A program made the translations under genes and the position numbers. The notes under the pieces were generated by a model that was not told the origin of the DNA, made no database searches, and worked only from the letters and a program-made list of their open reading frames with translations. Below, in pieces: positions 43,650-53,298 of a stretch of 64,000 bases of DNA (position 1 is its first letter; each line of letters begins with the position of its first letter). This DNA is from a virus. The DNA lies in the IMG/VR virus record IMGVR_UViG_3300012682_000001, positions 1 to 64,000 of that record. One strand, written 5' to 3'.

Positions 43650-44407
43650 GCCTCGCTAATCCCAATCTTAAATACTACGGCACCACCGGGGTTATTATCC
43701 GCAGCTATGGGACCTTGCTGGTGTCCCGCAGCGGCCTGGCGACCTGCGCCGCGGAGTTTATGGTCATCAGGAAAAACTGGACCCAGCTACCACAGGCAGG
43801 AGCCCAGCATCCCATCTTCACCTTTATCCAGATCGAGGAGCTTGAAATAAATTTCGAGGGAGCCTATGCGGTATCCAAGTGTAAATACGTCGGCGCCGAC
43901 CCCCGAACTTTCGAGTCCGAGGGGTGGACCCCGCCGACCTACGAGCTTTCGATTAGCCTGAGCGAGGAGAGAATCGCCACGCACCCAAAATTCAAGGAAA
44001 TCGGAGGGAGCGCCAAGGAGCCAAAAAACGGCGCAAACTTCCGTAATGCTGCCAATCCCAAGATGCCAAACGCCACGACAGAGGAGCCCGCCAATAGCAA
44101 CGACGGATACGTCTTCGACAGCTTCGATCTAACCATTGGCGATGAAGTCAACGACTTTGCAGGGATGGAATCCTACCTTGACCCAGGAGCCACCTGGCGG
44201 GCGACCAGCACTGGACGCTACAGCGCCGCCACGATCAACGCTGCTGGCTCCATCGGTATTCCGATCGGACCGGCCCCAAACCTCAGCAGTGGCCGCAACT
44301 GGCTTTCAATGGGGATGAGTTCAGTCCAGAGGGGCAGAGTCTTCCAGCTAACCCAGGAGTGGCGGGCGAGTGGGCGGCGTGGATGGAATCGTAAGGTTTA
44401 CGGATGA
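43646..44407 (+). CDS. tail protein
   Basis: Track ORF, ATGA-coupled to the tape measure. Confidence 0.6.
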   Translation: MSLANPNLKYYGTTGVIIRSYGTLLVSRSGLATCAAEFMVIRKNWTQLPQAGAQHPIFTFIQIEELEINFEGAYAVSKCKYVGADPRTFESEGWTPPTYELSISLSEERIATHPKFKEIGGSAKEPKNGANFRNAANPKMPNATTEEPANSNDGYVFDSFDLTIGDEVNDFAGMESYLDPGATWRATSTGRYSAATINAAGSIGIPIGPAPNLSSGRNWLSMGMSSVQRGRVFQLTQEWRASGRRGWNRKVYG

Positions 44408-45138
44408 GCCTGGATACCGCGCTTAGCAAGCTCACCCCGGTATCCAGGGGGATGGGTATCCTCAAGGTGGTTACCGCCGAGCGAATCCAGGGCATTCAGG
44501 ACGCACTGGTGGCCCTAACCAGGGGAGGAAACCTTCGTTCCGGCCCTGGCATTATGATCGACACCGCACCTTCCGGGGTGGTGATTAAAGCCTATTCCGA
44601 CCCATCTTCAACCAGGAGCTACCCCGCCCACCCATTTGAGGTAGTGCCTGTCGCAGTCAAAGGGGCGGCCAAGGGGTCAGTTAATCTGCAAGTGGAGATG
44701 GATAGCTGGCTGATGAAAAGTGAGAAATGGAACGACAAGATGACCATCACTGGGCTCGGGGAGCCATTCGAGCTGTCGGAAGATGACCTGGCCATATGGC
44801 TGGAGATAACACTGGACGGCGAGGGGGCTGTGACCAAGGCCACGATCGAGCACGGCAAGCCCGGAAATACGGGTGACTGGAGAGACTTCCCGGACCCATT
44901 CCATTACGACGATGAGGAAAACCAAGACAAATACTTTCAACTGCTGGCCTATATTGACCCAGTGACAGAAAATCCATATCGGCCTGGCGGCATACCGATT
45001 TCAGGAAAATCACCACGAAGGCTGGTGCAATGCACCTACGTCAATCTGATCGTTGCTGAGAAATGTCTTGTAGAGGATGGTCGAACCGTGAGAGTTCTAG
45101 CTCCATGGCACGCTCCGTATGTTGCCGGAGGCAAATAA
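44404..45138 (+). CDS. tail protein
   Basis: Track ORF, ATGA-coupled. Confidence 0.6.
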   Translation: MSLDTALSKLTPVSRGMGILKVVTAERIQGIQDALVALTRGGNLRSGPGIMIDTAPSGVVIKAYSDPSSTRSYPAHPFEVVPVAVKGAAKGSVNLQVEMDSWLMKSEKWNDKMTITGLGEPFELSEDDLAIWLEITLDGEGAVTKATIEHGKPGNTGDWRDFPDPFHYDDEENQDKYFQLLAYIDPVTENPYRPGGIPISGKSPRRLVQCTYVNLIVAEKCLVEDGRTVRVLAPWHAPYVAGGK

Positions 45139-45150
45139 GATAACCTACCA

Positions 45151-45807
45151 ATGGGTCAGAAAACCAGGCCTGTAGCGATCTGCACGGACTGCTACGAGTG
45201 CGAACAGTCCTGCTGCTGCAATCCGCTGGATTTTAGGGCGGAGGGCATCCGATACCCCTGCACTCTGCCAACGGATAAACCGCCGCTTTGCAAGAAGATG
45301 GAGTTCGGATTTCACTGGAACGAATTGCCAGCCTGCGTAATTGCACTCGCAAAGGGGGCGGAGATACTTTACGAAATACGCCTGGGCGACTGCGCATCCC
45401 CTGTGGTTCGCACCTTTGATCCACTCACGATACTAAATGCCATCAGCGCCGAACTATCACGCTCCGATTGGTGTGATACGCCATACCTCTGCAAATGCTG
45501 CGTCCCTGAAGTAGTGTGCCTTACGGTAACCGCTGGAGGTGAGGAGATAATGCGCTGCGTAGTATGCACTGACGGACCCTGTGACGAAAAGTGCTACCCT
45601 TCCGGCTGGTCAGAGAGCGGCAGCTCGACGAGCAGGCCATCGTCAAGCAGCAGCTACTCAAGCAGCAGCTATTCGTCTTCTTCCAGCTACTCGTCTTCGT
45701 CCTCGTCCAGCGATTCGAGTTATTCGAGCGCTTCGTCGGGCAGCAGTTCATCGAGTGATAGCCCTCCGCCGCCGCCGCTGCCCAGCAGTAGCTCCTCCAG
45801 CGCATGA
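45151..45807 (+). CDS. Cys-rich protein with ~60-aa poly-Ser tail
   Basis: About 20 Cys in the first 150 aa (CTDCYECEQSCCCNP, LCKCCVPEVVC, RCVVCTDGPCDEKC); Ser tract at 45610-45804 with mixed Ser codons. Confidence 0.7.
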   Translation: MGQKTRPVAICTDCYECEQSCCCNPLDFRAEGIRYPCTLPTDKPPLCKKMEFGFHWNELPACVIALAKGAEILYEIRLGDCASPVVRTFDPLTILNAISAELSRSDWCDTPYLCKCCVPEVVCLTVTAGGEEIMRCVVCTDGPCDEKCYPSGWSESGSSTSRPSSSSSYSSSSYSSSSSYSSSSSSSDSSYSSASSGSSSSSDSPPPPPLPSSSSSSA

Positions 45808-48800
45808 CCCCCGATTCAGCCGCGATCTGTGTCAGCTACCATGCCGGTCACAGGAAGAGCGGCGGGCTTATTTCTCCAGAGCGGCATGAGAGAATGCTCT
45901 GCGCTTCGATTGCCCGATTACGCCGGGCGCCTTACCCGGTAATCGTATCCTGCATCGGCGGAACGATCAGCCCGGCGGCGCTGGCCGAAATCCGAGCCGG
46001 TGGCCCCGTGACGGTCATCGAGGAAAGCGACTACGGGCATCAGCAAGGGGCGCTGGTCGCGCTGATCAATGGACTTCAGGCGGCGCACACTCTGGGAGTC
46101 GAATGGCTATTTTTTACAGCCGAGGATGTGATCTTTTCCGCGCGCGATCCGGTGGGCGAGGCGCTCCGCGAGGCGCGGGCGCGGGAGGTTGATTACTACT
46201 GCCACCCGTGGCTCGATGAAATCGGGATTGAAGGCGTGAGCGCGCAGGTCGCATTGATGCGTGTCTCAGCGCTATATCGCCCCGGCTTCGAGCCGCTTGG
46301 TGTGCATCTCTTTAGCGGATACCAAGGGATCGAGCATTACATTGCAGAGACCCTGCGGCAGCACCGCATCCCTTACGCGCGCGATCCAGGGCTGTGGTGG
46401 TGGCATACCCACGACGCCGATGAGTTCGAGCGGTTGCTCGGGGCCGCGCGCGCGGTGCTCATTCGCTTCACTCACGGGCTGGGCGACGCCGTCCAACTAA
46501 CCGCGGTGCTCGCTCATCTGCGCAAGCACCGTCCGCACTGGCGCCTCGACCTGGCCACCCGCACCGGCAAAGCCGCGGGGGCAAGCTTTTGCCACCGCCT
46601 CTTCAACCTCGATTGTGACGCGGTGGAAGACCGCGACTATGATGAAGTCTTCGATCTGGAGTGGCCGGAAAACGACACCGGCACGAAAACCACGAAATGC
46701 CTGCGCGAAGTCTTCGGAGTGGAGCCCGAGGGAGAATTGCTCCGCTATCGCATCGCGCTCGGAGAAGGGTCAATTCACAGAGCCGCGGCGTATCTTGAGA
46801 GAATCGGCTGTGAGCGCTTGCCGAATGGCCGCTTCAACGCGGTCTGCTTTCACTATGAAGGTAACACTTCGGCGGATCGTAAGAACCTCCACTCCATAAC
46901 CGTCGGCGCGGTGTGCGAGACCCTCATTGGAAGATTCGTGCCGATCGTTTTAGATTGGGATGCGCGCAGTCCGTTGCCAGATCAGCGAAGCATTTTTTGT
47001 CCGGTGCCGGAGGATCAGCTATGGGCGGGCACCGGCACCGGGGATGCTGAAATCCTCGCGGCGCTGATCGAGCAATGCTCCGCTTTCGTCGGCGTTGATT
47101 CTGGTCCACTCCACGTCGCCGGGGCTACTTCCACGCCGACCATCGGAGTTTGGACGGAGCACGAGCCAAGGCGCTTCTTTGACCCGCACCCGCACGCGGT
47201 TCATCTCATCCCCGCCGCCATGCGCGAGCAGCCGGGGCACGCAACCCTCCGCTACAAAACGCGGGAAATCAGCGACGCGATCGTTTCCGCTCTCGACGGG
47301 TTCGGGATCGCAAGCGGGGAGAAGGCGCGCGGCTTCGCCTTCAATAAATTAGAACAGGAGTGGGAGATCATCGAGGATGTCTATGCCCGAGATTCCTATT
47401 GCACCGCGCTCCTGCCGCGGAAGACCAGCGAGGAAATCATCGTCGATGTCGGCGCCAACATCGGCGCTTTTGCACGCCTCTGGCACGAGCGCAACCCGCA
47501 CGCCCGGATCATCTGCATCGAAGCCTGCCCCGAAAACATCCCCGTGTTGCAGCGCAACGTCGGCGCTTTTGCGACGGTCGTTCATGCCGCCTGCACTTAC
47601 GACGCCGGGCCTCTTTTCCTGCTCAATGCGTGCGGCCCGGATGGGGTCAGCACTGGCGGCAGCCGCGTCGTGGGGAGGGAGGAGTTCGATTCCGAGACCC
47701 GCCCCCATTACCAGCACGATTACCGGCCACTTCCGGTCGTCACCCTGCACGAGGTCATGTCCGAGCATGGGCTCGCGCGCATTGATCTCCTCAAGCTCGA
47801 CTGCGAAGGTTCAGAGTTCAGTATCCTGCCAGATGCGCCGCTAGGTAACATCGGGTTCATCCTGGGAGAGTATCACAGCCGAGCCCGCTGGGATGAGTTG
47901 CGAGCGCAGCGGTTTGCCGCCTGGGACTATGGCGAGATGAGGGGTGGCGACATTGGCATCTTCCACCTGCGCCCCCAAAGTGACGCTAAACCGCCACCCG
48001 CGCCGCGCAAGCTGATCCTCCGCAACGGCCAATCCCCCGGCGACATCGTGGTGCTCACCGCCGCGATCCGCGACCTGCACGCCGCCTATCCCGGCGAGTT
48101 TGAGACCGACGTTCGCACGCCCTGTCCCGCGCTATGGGAAAACAACCCGCACCTGACGCCGCTGCGCGACGACGGCGAAACCGAACATCACACGATCGGC
48201 TACCCGCTCATCCATCGCTCTAACACCCACCCACATCATTTCCTGGATGGCTTCCGTGAAGACCTAGCGCGCATCGTCGGCAAGCTGATCCCAGCCGGAC
48301 CGTTCAAAGGCGACATTCATATCTCCGATGCCGAGCGCGGCTGGATGAGCCAGGTCGAAGAAATTAAAGGACCGGGCACCCGCTACTGGCTGATCGTCAG
48401 CGGCGGCAAACGCGATTTCACCGCGAAATGGTGGGACGTGGAACGCTGGCAAGCCGTAGTGGATCACTTCGCCGGGAGAATTCTCTTCGTGCAGGTCGGC
48501 GAATCAAAGCACCACCACCCATCGCTGCGAGGCGTGCTAGACCTCCGCGGCAAGACCGACCTCCGCCAGCTCGTGCGCCTCGTCTATCACTCGGACGGCG
48601 TGGCGTGCCCAGTCACCGCGCTGATGCACCTTGCCGCCGCCGTGCCCACTAAACCGGGCCGGTCGCTGAACCGCCCGTGTGTCGTCGTCGCCGGTGGACG
48701 CGAACCGAGCCAATGGGAGAAATACCCGCACCATCGCTACCTCGAAACCAATGGCGCGCTGCGGTGTTGCGACAATGGAGGCTGCTGGAAAAGCCGCGTA

Positions 48801-49322
48801 GTGCCGCTCGGAGACGGCGACGAAAAAGACCGCAGCCTGTGCGAATGGCCCGTTGAGATTCGGACCGGCGCCTTCCTTCCGAAGTGCCTCGACCTCATTA
48901 TCGCCACGCACGTCATCGACGCGATCGAGCAATACGAGAATTGGCATCAACCGCCACCTACGCCTCCGCTGGAGCTACCCGCTCCCAGTCCTGAGCCTGG
49001 ACCGGAAATCTTCATCTACAGCGCCCGCACCAAGCGAGGGAAGCGCACTAAGACATGGGGACCGCCCGCCTGGGAACGCCTGCACGTCGCCGCCAGAACC
49101 CTGGCCACGCCCGAGGCGCGCGCCACATTCCTAGACGAGTTCACCCGCGGCATTCCGTGCGGCGACTGTCGGACAGGCTGGGCAAAAATACTTACCGAGA
49201 ACCCGCCCCGCTTCGATTCATCCGAGGATTTATTCGCGTGGAGTGTAGAGGCTCACAACGCCGTAAACGTAGCCCTCAAGGCCGAGCCGTGGACAATAGA
49301 GCAAGCGCAAGCTCGATGGTAG
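45804..49322 (+). CDS. multidomain enzyme: unknown N-domain + GT9 + FkbM methyltransferase + GT9 + Erv1/ALR sulfhydryl oxidase
   Basis: GT9-1 ~46447-47230 (LIRFTHGLGDAVQL ... VGVDSGPLHVAGATSTPTIGVW). FkbM ~47436-47975 (VDVGANIGAF ... LKLDCEGSEFSIL). GT9-2 ~48004-48945. Erv1/ALR ~49053-49319 (WGPPAWERLH ... PCGDC ... HNAVNVALK). Confidence 0.85.
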   Translation: MTPDSAAICVSYHAGHRKSGGLISPERHERMLCASIARLRRAPYPVIVSCIGGTISPAALAEIRAGGPVTVIEESDYGHQQGALVALINGLQAAHTLGVEWLFFTAEDVIFSARDPVGEALREARAREVDYYCHPWLDEIGIEGVSAQVALMRVSALYRPGFEPLGVHLFSGYQGIEHYIAETLRQHRIPYARDPGLWWWHTHDADEFERLLGAARAVLIRFTHGLGDAVQLTAVLAHLRKHRPHWRLDLATRTGKAAGASFCHRLFNLDCDAVEDRDYDEVFDLEWPENDTGTKTTKCLREVFGVEPEGELLRYRIALGEGSIHRAAAYLERIGCERLPNGRFNAVCFHYEGNTSADRKNLHSITVGAVCETLIGRFVPIVLDWDARSPLPDQRSIFCPVPEDQLWAGTGTGDAEILAALIEQCSAFVGVDSGPLHVAGATSTPTIGVWTEHEPRRFFDPHPHAVHLIPAAMREQPGHATLRYKTREISDAIVSALDGFGIASGEKARGFAFNKLEQEWEIIEDVYARDSYCTALLPRKTSEEIIVDVGANIGAFARLWHERNPHARIICIEACPENIPVLQRNVGAFATVVHAACTYDAGPLFLLNACGPDGVSTGGSRVVGREEFDSETRPHYQHDYRPLPVVTLHEVMSEHGLARIDLLKLDCEGSEFSILPDAPLGNIGFILGEYHSRARWDELRAQRFAAWDYGEMRGGDIGIFHLRPQSDAKPPPAPRKLILRNGQSPGDIVVLTAAIRDLHAAYPGEFETDVRTPCPALWENNPHLTPLRDDGETEHHTIGYPLIHRSNTHPHHFLDGFREDLARIVGKLIPAGPFKGDIHISDAERGWMSQVEEIKGPGTRYWLIVSGGKRDFTAKWWDVERWQAVVDHFAGRILFVQVGESKHHHPSLRGVLDLRGKTDLRQLVRLVYHSDGVACPVTALMHLAAAVPTKPGRSLNRPCVVVAGGREPSQWEKYPHHRYLETNGALRCCDNGGCWKSRVVPLGDGDEKDRSLCEWPVEIRTGAFLPKCLDLIIATHVIDAIEQYENWHQPPPTPPLELPAPSPEPGPEIFIYSARTKRGKRTKTWGPPAWERLHVAARTLATPEARATFLDEFTRGIPCGDCRTGWAKILTENPPRFDSSEDLFAWSVEAHNAVNVALKAEPWTIEQAQARW

Positions 49323-49355
49323 GACCATGCGATTGACATACCCCTTTCCGCCAAA

Positions 49356-52300
49356 GTGAAGATATACGCCAACACCGACCTCCACCTCATGGTGGAGCAA
49401 CCACTGGTCACGAGCCCAGTGTCGTCGATCTCCTTCCCAAGGGCCTCAAGTGTTCCCATCGAGGTTCAATTCACCAGGGATGGCGGTATATACGACCCGG
49501 AGGTCCTGACCGCCGCCATCACCAGCTCGGCAGTGGCAGCCAACGGGATCATCACCACGCCCGCTCCTCACGGATTCATCAACGGCGACTCGGTGGTCAT
49601 CGCGGGGCATACCGGGGTCACTAAGACCATCCTGACGGCCACGGCGACCACAGCCCCGGTAATCACCACCTCCACGAACCACGAACTGACTACAGGCGAT
49701 ACGGTGGTAATAGCAGGGTTTCCAACTTCCGAGGAAATCTCAGCGGACATCACGCTCTCCAGCCCAGGAGGCGAAGGGGTAACCTTGGTGACTACCTCTG
49801 GAGCGCACGGCTTCTCCTCCACTGACCGCGTAACGATCTCCGGGCACACAGGCAGCCCAAGGTCCATCACCTCATCTTCGGTGGCGGGCTCCAGCGTCAT
49901 TACCGCGCCCAACCACGGGCTATTCTCCGCCGACGTAGTGACCATCGCTGGCCACGGCTCCTCGCCAGCAATAACCAAGACGATCACCAGCTCCTCAGTG
50001 GCAGCAGCCACGCTGATCACCACATCCTCGGCCCACGGCCTATCCAGCGGGGATTCAGTGACGATCGCCGGGCATACAGGGACCCCCAAGGCGATCACCA
50101 GCTCATCGATCGCCAGCCCAACGGTGATCACCGCCACCAGTCACGGACTAACCAGCGGCGACGTGGTGACAATCTCCGGCCACGTCGGCTCCACCCCCGC
50201 AGTGGACGGAAGCTACACCGCCACCGTGACAGGGGCGAACACCTTCACCGTCCCAGTGAATGTAACCGTGGCCGGGACAGGCGGAACCGTGACCGCCCCA
50301 ACGAGCATTCCGACGATCAACGGGACCAGGGTGGTGACCTACGTGTCCACCACCACCTTCACCATCCCGGTGAATGTGACCCAGGCTGGAACCGGGGGAG
50401 CGGTCACCCGTGCCGCGGTGGACCTGAACGGCTCCAGAACCGTCACCTACATCAACGCAGATACGTTCTCCGTCCCAGTAAGCATGGCTTCCTCCATGAC
50501 CGGAGGGACAGTCACCAAGGCCACCAGCACGCCCGACATAAATGGCCTGTATGGCATTACCAAAATAAGCTCGGACACCTTCTCGGTCCCGCTGACTCTG
50601 ACCCATGGGGGCCTCGGCGGTTCCGCCCTAAGGCCCGCCAGTGATCTAAACGGCAGCAGGGTGATCACATCCACGGGCGCTACGACCTTCACCGTCCCTT
50701 ATACCAACAACCACGCGGATGTCGGAGGGACCGCCACCAAGTCCACGAGCACCCCGGACATCAACGGAACCAGGGCAGTAGGAAATGCCACCACCTATAC
50801 CTTCACCGTCCCGGTCAACGTAACTGTCGGAGGGGTAGGTGGCACCGCCACCAAAACCTCGCCACTGAATCTACGGTGGACAGTTAAGTCCGACCAGAAG
50901 TTCGACGAGGACCCTCCGCTGGTCACGCTCAACTCCTTCGTCAAGAGCGGCATCGGCGCTTCTACGGTCTTTCGTGGAAACGCGAACTACATCACCGACA
51001 CCCTCAACGCCCTGCTCGGGGTAAACCTGACAACCACAGACGACAAGGCTGAAATCCTGGCGATGTCCGAGCTGCGCTGGGACGGCATCGACCCCGGCAA
51101 GACCAGGTGGGCACCCCACACGATCTGCAACGACATCTGGAAAGACACAGATACGGTCGTAACCACTCCATCCGGGGGCGCCAGATTCACCACGCTTGAG
51201 AGCTTCTTTGATCTCCCAAACAAGCAGCTCCTAGCCGCTCATTCACACGCCGATCCCGCGCTCAGCGTCGATCGCCTGATTGCGGGGAAGAATCCGGCAG
51301 GGACCGATCGCCAACTGTTCACCTCGATGACGCACACGGGCACGCCGGCCTACGCGCGGAACCCGGCTTGGGCCGATCTCGATCTCACCTGCTTCAGCCC
51401 GTGGAATAGCTACTACGGCGCCCAAATGGGTGGAGTCGCGATCAGCCCGCGGCACGTCTTGCTCGCCGAGCATTTCAGCGGAGGCACCGGCACCGCGTCC
51501 GTGGCAAACGGGACGACATGGAGGTTTGTGACCCGAGATAACGTCATTGTTAACCGGACGATCACAAACAAACTGCGCGTCGGCGTGACCGATCTCTGCA
51601 TCGCCCTCCTCGACTCCGATTTGCCCGACACGATCACGCCTGCCCGCGTGTTGCCGCCGGACTACGCCAACTACTCTGCTCCCGCCGACTACCCGGCCAT
51701 TTATTCCGATTTTGAGAAAAAAGTCCATGTCCGCTGGCTTTACGACCTTGGGGGCTTCGCATCTCTTTCGGCAGACCCTCTCCGCAGCGCTTGGGGCGAG
51801 GACGTAATAACAGGCGATTCGGGGTCGCCGATGTTCATTATCTTCGGTCGGGTCCCGGTGCTTCTGGGGCTATTCCAAACTTCCACCGGCGGTCCTTCCG
51901 TCTCGGCGCAGGTCGCGAACGTGAATGCGGTGATGACCACGCTGGGGGGCGGCTACGCGCTCACGGAGGCTGATCCACAGACGATCGTGACAAACCGTTC
52001 CGTAATCGGAACTCAACTCTATGTCACCGGGAATAACCCCTCCTATATTGACGGAAACAGCGCTTCGACCCTCTTCTCGATTTACAATTCATTAGGGAGT
52101 GCGCTGTCTCTTAGTTCTGGAGGTGTAGTTACGAACCCGGTCCTGAGTATATCCCAAGGGGCCGGACCATACGCGCAATTTAACGGTCTCTACGGCGTAG
52201 TTAATCTTTCAATCGGCAGTAACGGCTCACTGACCTGGGCCGACGCAGCCGCGAAGCTCACCACCCGCGCGAGCCTCGACTCCACCGGCTCGACCGGCAT

Positions 52301-53294
52301 CAACGCGCAGACCGGCACGAGTTACACGTTCGTCCTCGGCGACGCCGCGAAACTGGTCACAGCGTCCAACGCGGGCGCGATCACCCTCACCGTCCCGCCG
52401 AACGCCAGCGTCGCCTTCGCCATCGGCACCCGGATTCACGTCCGCCAGCTCCTCACCGGGCTGACGAGCATCGCCGCTGGCGCGGGCGTGACGATCAATT
52501 CCCTCTCCGGCCTGCTCGCGCTCAATGGCCAGTATTCCGGCGCCCAACTCATCAAGACCGGCACTGACACCTGGTCGCTGGAGTTCAGTAGCCCCGGCGG
52601 GATCACCGCCGCCGGGCTTGCCTTACTCGATGATGCGTCCGCCGCAGCGCAGCGCACCACGCTCGGAGCCGCCGCCAGCGGCGCGAATGCGGACATCACC
52701 AGTATCTCTACAGGCGGCACCACGCGTGCGAGCTTTGATTCCAACGGACTAACCGCCACCGCCGCGCTTCGCGTTGGGACGTTTCTTTATCTACAAAACG
52801 GCGGTGCGACGACGGTGCTTTTTAACGCGGGAGGCGGCGTCCTGCAGGTTGTAGATGCAACGTTTGCGGGCGGAAACGCACTGCTGATTGGCGCAAATAA
52901 CACGACTACTGGGACGCGCATCAAACGGAGCGGCACGGGGGTCCAAATTCGCGTCGGCGACGACACGGCAGATGCCGCCCTTAGCGCAGGTGCTGTAACT
53001 ATTGGAACAGGCGGCACCGCAATTCAGAAAGTGCTCAGCGCAGTCAAGAGCGCGTTCGATTGCCCGAGCATCGCCGCAAGCGGTGGCGTGCAAACAACCA
53101 CCCTCACTGTTACCGGAGCCAGCACTACGAGTGCCACCAGTGTCTCTGTTCCGAGCGGCGGGCTAAATGACGGCGTGGTTATTGATGCCTATGTTTCAGC
53201 CGCAGACACCGTGACAATTAAGTTCACCAACACTACCGTTGCGACGATCGATCCAGTGAGTGCTAGTTACCGCGTAGTCATCCTCAACTTCTAA
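49356..53294 (+). CDS. tail fibre with tandem repeat arrays and an embedded trypsin-fold domain
   Basis: GTG start. Six HG(F/L)xxGDxVxIxGH repeats (49548-50190). Six ~37-aa (D)(L/I)NGxRxV...TF(T/S)VP repeats (50200-50870). LLAEH / DLCIALL / GDSGSP triad. C-terminal LGAAASGANADITSI fibre motif. Confidence 0.8.
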   Translation: MKIYANTDLHLMVEQPLVTSPVSSISFPRASSVPIEVQFTRDGGIYDPEVLTAAITSSAVAANGIITTPAPHGFINGDSVVIAGHTGVTKTILTATATTAPVITTSTNHELTTGDTVVIAGFPTSEEISADITLSSPGGEGVTLVTTSGAHGFSSTDRVTISGHTGSPRSITSSSVAGSSVITAPNHGLFSADVVTIAGHGSSPAITKTITSSSVAAATLITTSSAHGLSSGDSVTIAGHTGTPKAITSSSIASPTVITATSHGLTSGDVVTISGHVGSTPAVDGSYTATVTGANTFTVPVNVTVAGTGGTVTAPTSIPTINGTRVVTYVSTTTFTIPVNVTQAGTGGAVTRAAVDLNGSRTVTYINADTFSVPVSMASSMTGGTVTKATSTPDINGLYGITKISSDTFSVPLTLTHGGLGGSALRPASDLNGSRVITSTGATTFTVPYTNNHADVGGTATKSTSTPDINGTRAVGNATTYTFTVPVNVTVGGVGGTATKTSPLNLRWTVKSDQKFDEDPPLVTLNSFVKSGIGASTVFRGNANYITDTLNALLGVNLTTTDDKAEILAMSELRWDGIDPGKTRWAPHTICNDIWKDTDTVVTTPSGGARFTTLESFFDLPNKQLLAAHSHADPALSVDRLIAGKNPAGTDRQLFTSMTHTGTPAYARNPAWADLDLTCFSPWNSYYGAQMGGVAISPRHVLLAEHFSGGTGTASVANGTTWRFVTRDNVIVNRTITNKLRVGVTDLCIALLDSDLPDTITPARVLPPDYANYSAPADYPAIYSDFEKKVHVRWLYDLGGFASLSADPLRSAWGEDVITGDSGSPMFIIFGRVPVLLGLFQTSTGGPSVSAQVANVNAVMTTLGGGYALTEADPQTIVTNRSVIGTQLYVTGNNPSYIDGNSASTLFSIYNSLGSALSLSSGGVVTNPVLSISQGAGPYAQFNGLYGVVNLSIGSNGSLTWADAAAKLTTRASLDSTGSTGINAQTGTSYTFVLGDAAKLVTASNAGAITLTVPPNASVAFAIGTRIHVRQLLTGLTSIAAGAGVTINSLSGLLALNGQYSGAQLIKTGTDTWSLEFSSPGGITAAGLALLDDASAAAQRTTLGAAASGANADITSISTGGTTRASFDSNGLTATAALRVGTFLYLQNGGATTVLFNAGGGVLQVVDATFAGGNALLIGANNTTTGTRIKRSGTGVQIRVGDDTADAALSAGAVTIGTGGTAIQKVLSAVKSAFDCPSIAASGGVQTTTLTVTGASTTSATSVSVPSGGLNDGVVIDAYVSAADTVTIKFTNTTVATIDPVSASYRVVILNF

Positions 53295-53298
53295 AGCC

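Noticed and set aside
45610-45804. Poly-Ser region as a slippage-prone simple sequence repeat / contingency locus
   Set aside because: The Ser codons are mixed (AGC, TCG, TCT, TCA) with interspersed Tyr/Asp/Gly codons. There is no homogeneous nucleotide repeat; the bias is at the protein level.
49548-50870. Tandem DNA repeats as a possible CRISPR array or satellite
   Set aside because: The repeats are in-frame coding repeats of the tail fibre, with divergent nucleotide sequences and no spacer-repeat regularity.
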